In this document: piece by piece, positions 61,089 through 64,000 of the stretch
Position numbering within the stretch: the first letter of the stretch is position 1
Layout of the letters: each line of letters opens with the position of its first letter
Assembly: GCA_030295235.1 (NCBI GenBank)
Contig: AP026124.1
Coordinates: forward strand, 1,488,001 to 1,552,000
Length of the DNA stretch: 64,000 bases
DNA from: Fistulifera solaris
Lineage: Eukaryota
Direction of reading: 5' to 3'
The notes under the pieces: generated by a model
Databases searched by the model: none
Told to the model about the DNA's origin: nothing
The model's input: only the letters and a program-made list of their open reading frames with translations
Program-made: the position numbers and the translations under genes

Positions 61089-62298
61089 ATGACGACCGCG
61101 CAAAATTTGTTGACAAAAGGACTACCGCTGCTTTTCCGTGACCACTCGCACGCGACCGTCGGGAAATGGTTGCTGGCGACCGGTGGTGCTGTCGTAGGAA
61201 TGATTCATGTGGGCGGTGTGACGCGGTTAACACAGTCCGGCTTGAGTATGACCGACTGGAGTCCTTTGGGATCTTTGCCGCCGATTGGAAAGGACGAATG
61301 GGAGGCCGAATTCGCACGCTACAAACAATTTCCGGAGTGGCAGCAACGCAAAAGCATGACCATGGAGGAATTTCAGTACATTTATTATTGGGAATACGGA
61401 CATCGTATGCTCGGTCGATGTGTGGGTGTACTGTTTTGTGGGCCTTGGTTGTATTTTTTCGTTACGAGGGAAGATTCCTGCAGGATATCAAGGTCGCATG
61501 GCACTCTTGGCTACCATGGGCGGTACGCAAGGCTTGGTAGGATGGTGGATGGTGAAGAGCGGTTTGGGAGACGATCGCCGAGGAGATAGGAATCAAATTC
61601 GTGTGAAACCAATCCGGTTGGCAACCCATTTGAGTGTGGCGGTAGCGACGTATGGAGCTCTTTTGTGGACGGGATTTTCCGTTCTCAGTTTGCCTTACAA
61701 CAATACACTTCAATCGCTCGACTTGGCGTCTCAACTTCCCCAAGCGCTTCGACATTCATCAAAACTTCATATAGCTGCTTTGGCAATGACCGGGCTTACG
61801 GCTGTAACTATAGTCAGTGGAGCGCTGGTGGCTGGAAATGATGCCGGCCGAGCGTACAATACCTTTCCCAAAATGGATGGACACTGGATACCTCCAGAGA
61901 TCTGGGAGCGAGTTCCTTGGCATCGGAATCTAGTTGAAAATACCGCGACTGTGCAATGGAATCATCGTATCTTGGGTACAACGACGGCACTAACGGCTGC
62001 GAGCATTGCAATCATCGGCTTATCTCCGTCTCGGGCGGCACTGGTGACCCCGCAAGTACGGAAGGGATTGTATGCGTTAGGTCTCGCGACCGGTACGCAA
62101 TTTTCGTTAGGTGTCGCTACACTGCTTCATTATGTTCCCTTGTCGTTGGCGGCAGCGCATCAGCTGGGGAGTATTGCGGTCTTTACGAGCGGTGTTTATT
62201 TGGTGCATGCGCTACGATATGCTCGACCAGCCTTGTTGCGAAGTGCAGGTCGCGTTCTACCTCCGCCGCCATCGGCCTTGAAACAAGCCGCGCACTAG
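61089..62298 (+). CDS. COX15: Heme A synthase COX15; frameshift near 61460
   Basis: VGGVTRLTQSGLSMTDW, YYWEYGHR, QGLVGWWMVKSG, RLATHL, YNTFPKM, VQWNHR and AAAHQ. Confidence 0.95.
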
Positions 62299-62357
62299 AG
62301 AAAGAATTAAAATAAATCGTTATACTTTAAACGATTTATAGTTCGTAGCTTTTATGT

Positions 62358-63221
62358 TCAAATATTCAACAAGACACTGCAACATGTCAGCGCCGCATCT
62401 TTCTTGGCCAGTTCCGAAGTGTTTACCCATATCAACTCTTGAACATCGCGTTCACGTGCCGCTTGTTCCAAAATGCGCCTTGAATCCGTACAAGATGTAT
62501 CTTGTACTAGAACGGATCCATTGACGGCTACTACATTGCACGCTAGAACATCCGGTACACGGACGACGGAGTAATTATACGCATCGAAAGTCGCCCAAAT
62601 GGCATCACCGGCTGGACCGGTCGGAACGACCAATGTATCCGGAGCAAAGAGAGTCACGGCTGATTTAAGATGCAATACTTGGTTCCCCGCCATAGTTGGT
62701 GGTATGACGATGGATGGTATGGCAGGAAAGGCTTGTTGCAACAATTGAGCACCAATTCGATTCGTGCGATTCGACAATCCAATGAACAAATGACGGCCCG
62801 TATACATGACATCCCCACCATCACAATAGGCATCGGGTGTGTTGTTCCGCAGATCTGCCACAACTTGCATTCCCAATTGTTGCAGTGCCTGGTGCACCGA
62901 TTCCACTTCTCCGCGCCGTGACGGGTGTCCCGGCTGCAACAAGGCGACTTGTCGATCAATCGCCACGACGGTATCTTCGACAAAGAGCGAATCGGGATAT
63001 TCTGGTAATGCCGGCAATTGCAGTACGGGAATAATAGATCGAAGGGCTTTTATGTAGGATTCGTGTTGTTGTGTTGCGAGTGTCATGTTCAATGACGCAG
63101 AATGATCGTCCGACTGATGTTCGGAAATGCCTTGTGAAAATGTAGAAGGCAAGGCTCGAGCGAGAGCCATGGTATAAAAGCGCCTTTGGAGAAACAAAAG
63201 TCGTGTGTAGCGAGAGAGCAT
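62358..63221 (-). CDS. DDAH: Dimethylarginine dimethylaminohydrolase (amidinotransferase superfamily)
   Basis: QHESY..AL, PDSLFVEDT, SRRGE, DGGDV, LHLKS and LTCCS. Confidence 0.9.
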   Translation of the reverse strand: MLSRYTRLLFLQRRFYTMALARALPSTFSQGISEHQSDDHSASLNMTLATQQHESYIKALRSIIPVLQLPALPEYPDSLFVEDTVVAIDRQVALLQPGHPSRRGEVESVHQALQQLGMQVVADLRNNTPDAYCDGGDVMYTGRHLFIGLSNRTNRIGAQLLQQAFPAIPSIVIPPTMAGNQVLHLKSAVTLFAPDTLVVPTGPAGDAIWATFDAYNYSVVRVPDVLACNVVAVNGSVLVQDTSCTDSRRILEQAARERDVQELIWVNTSELAKKDAALTCCSVLLNI

Positions 63222-63661
63222 ATTACGGCGGATTTGGAATGCGGTTCAATATGTTGATTGTCTTAATATTGCATCGCATTTGCATGGCACCTTATTCATC
63301 CAAAAGATCGCGTGTCCTGTACGGAGTTTTTTTTTTCATGTTTTCGCCGTATCTTCAGTCAACAGGCGTCGTGAGTCGTGAATCACAGTTCGAGGTTCGA
63401 GTGCTTCCCCTCCTTGTCCTCGTCCGTCCGCCGGTGCCGCTTTTCTGTGCGTTTGCTGCTTACCTGCAATTATTTTCTCTCTTGTGGAATTGCTCTGAAA
63501 CATATCTACAAAGAAGACGCTACTAGTTCAAGTAAGGACGGAAAAATCATCTAACTCCGTACTTTGTATAACTAAGAAACGAGTAAACACAATGAGCCAG
63601 CAATACGACGACTAAAATCGGAAGAAGTTTAACAAGCAATCAACAAACAATATTTAAAAGA

Positions 63662-64000
63662 ATGACACCCGAGGACCGCACCGTCCTCTTACAAAATACC
63701 AAAACCATGATGGAACTGGAACGGTCTCTCACGGCCACGTTGGAAAAAGTAGAACCATGGCTTCCCCAAAACTCCCACCGACAATTACCCAATCAACCTC
63801 GTGTTCGACCCATTCCCACGTCCATGGAAGAAGTCGAACGCATACTCGCCGTCGCCCGTGCTTGGGCGACACGGACATCGGCACCCGTGGGATGGAATCC
63901 ATCCGCACCGGTCGTGGGATTTCGGACACCCAATCCGTTACCGCATCAATTGCGGGGAGGGGCCCTGGCAGCCTTGCAATTGGAGCGAGCGCGACAGACG
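63662..64000 (+). CDS. MED4: Mediator subunit 4-like protein, truncated by the window end
   Basis: An open frame from ATG 63662 reads ...VERILAVARAWATRTSAPVGWNP...TPNPLPHQLRGGAL, resembling the Med4 C-terminal AP..W...P.P....R.G.L motif. It is absent from the ORF track because it has no stop in the window. Confidence 0.55.
   Translation, partial: MTPEDRTVLLQNTKTMMELERSLTATLEKVEPWLPQNSHRQLPNQPRVRPIPTSMEEVERILAVARAWATRTSAPVGWNPSAPVVGFRTPNPLPHQLRGGALAALQLERARQT

Overview
Gene-dense eukaryotic nuclear DNA, most likely from a pennate diatom. This is inferred from short GT-AG introns, bipartite plastid presequences cleaved before Phe, a mitochondrion-targeted PGK and a Ty1/copia element of the kind found in diatoms. 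About 36 protein-coding genes are recognisable, including VPS53, DDX52/ROK1, TCF25, aroA, RNase II, BUB3, P4H, a CTL transporter, PIG-U, NLE1, PGK, MED8, Ku80, APEH, dapB, copine, CPSF73, COX15, DDAH and MED4. Many conserved genes carry isolated single-base frameshifts, often at homopolymers, which most likely reflects an under-polished long-read assembly rather than real pseudogenes. One full-length copia LTR retrotransposon (55118-60571, minus strand) has near-identical LTRs, a 6-bp TSD and a palindromic, non-canonical primer-binding region. Other notable items are a 4-unit palindromic repeat array beside it, recurrent GGTACC and AGTCAC motifs upstream of genes, two dispersed non-coding element families, a BED-finger/RraA fusion, an HMA plus Cys-cluster protein, and a convergent pair of paralogous plastid proteins. 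All calls come from manual motif recognition; no database search was run.
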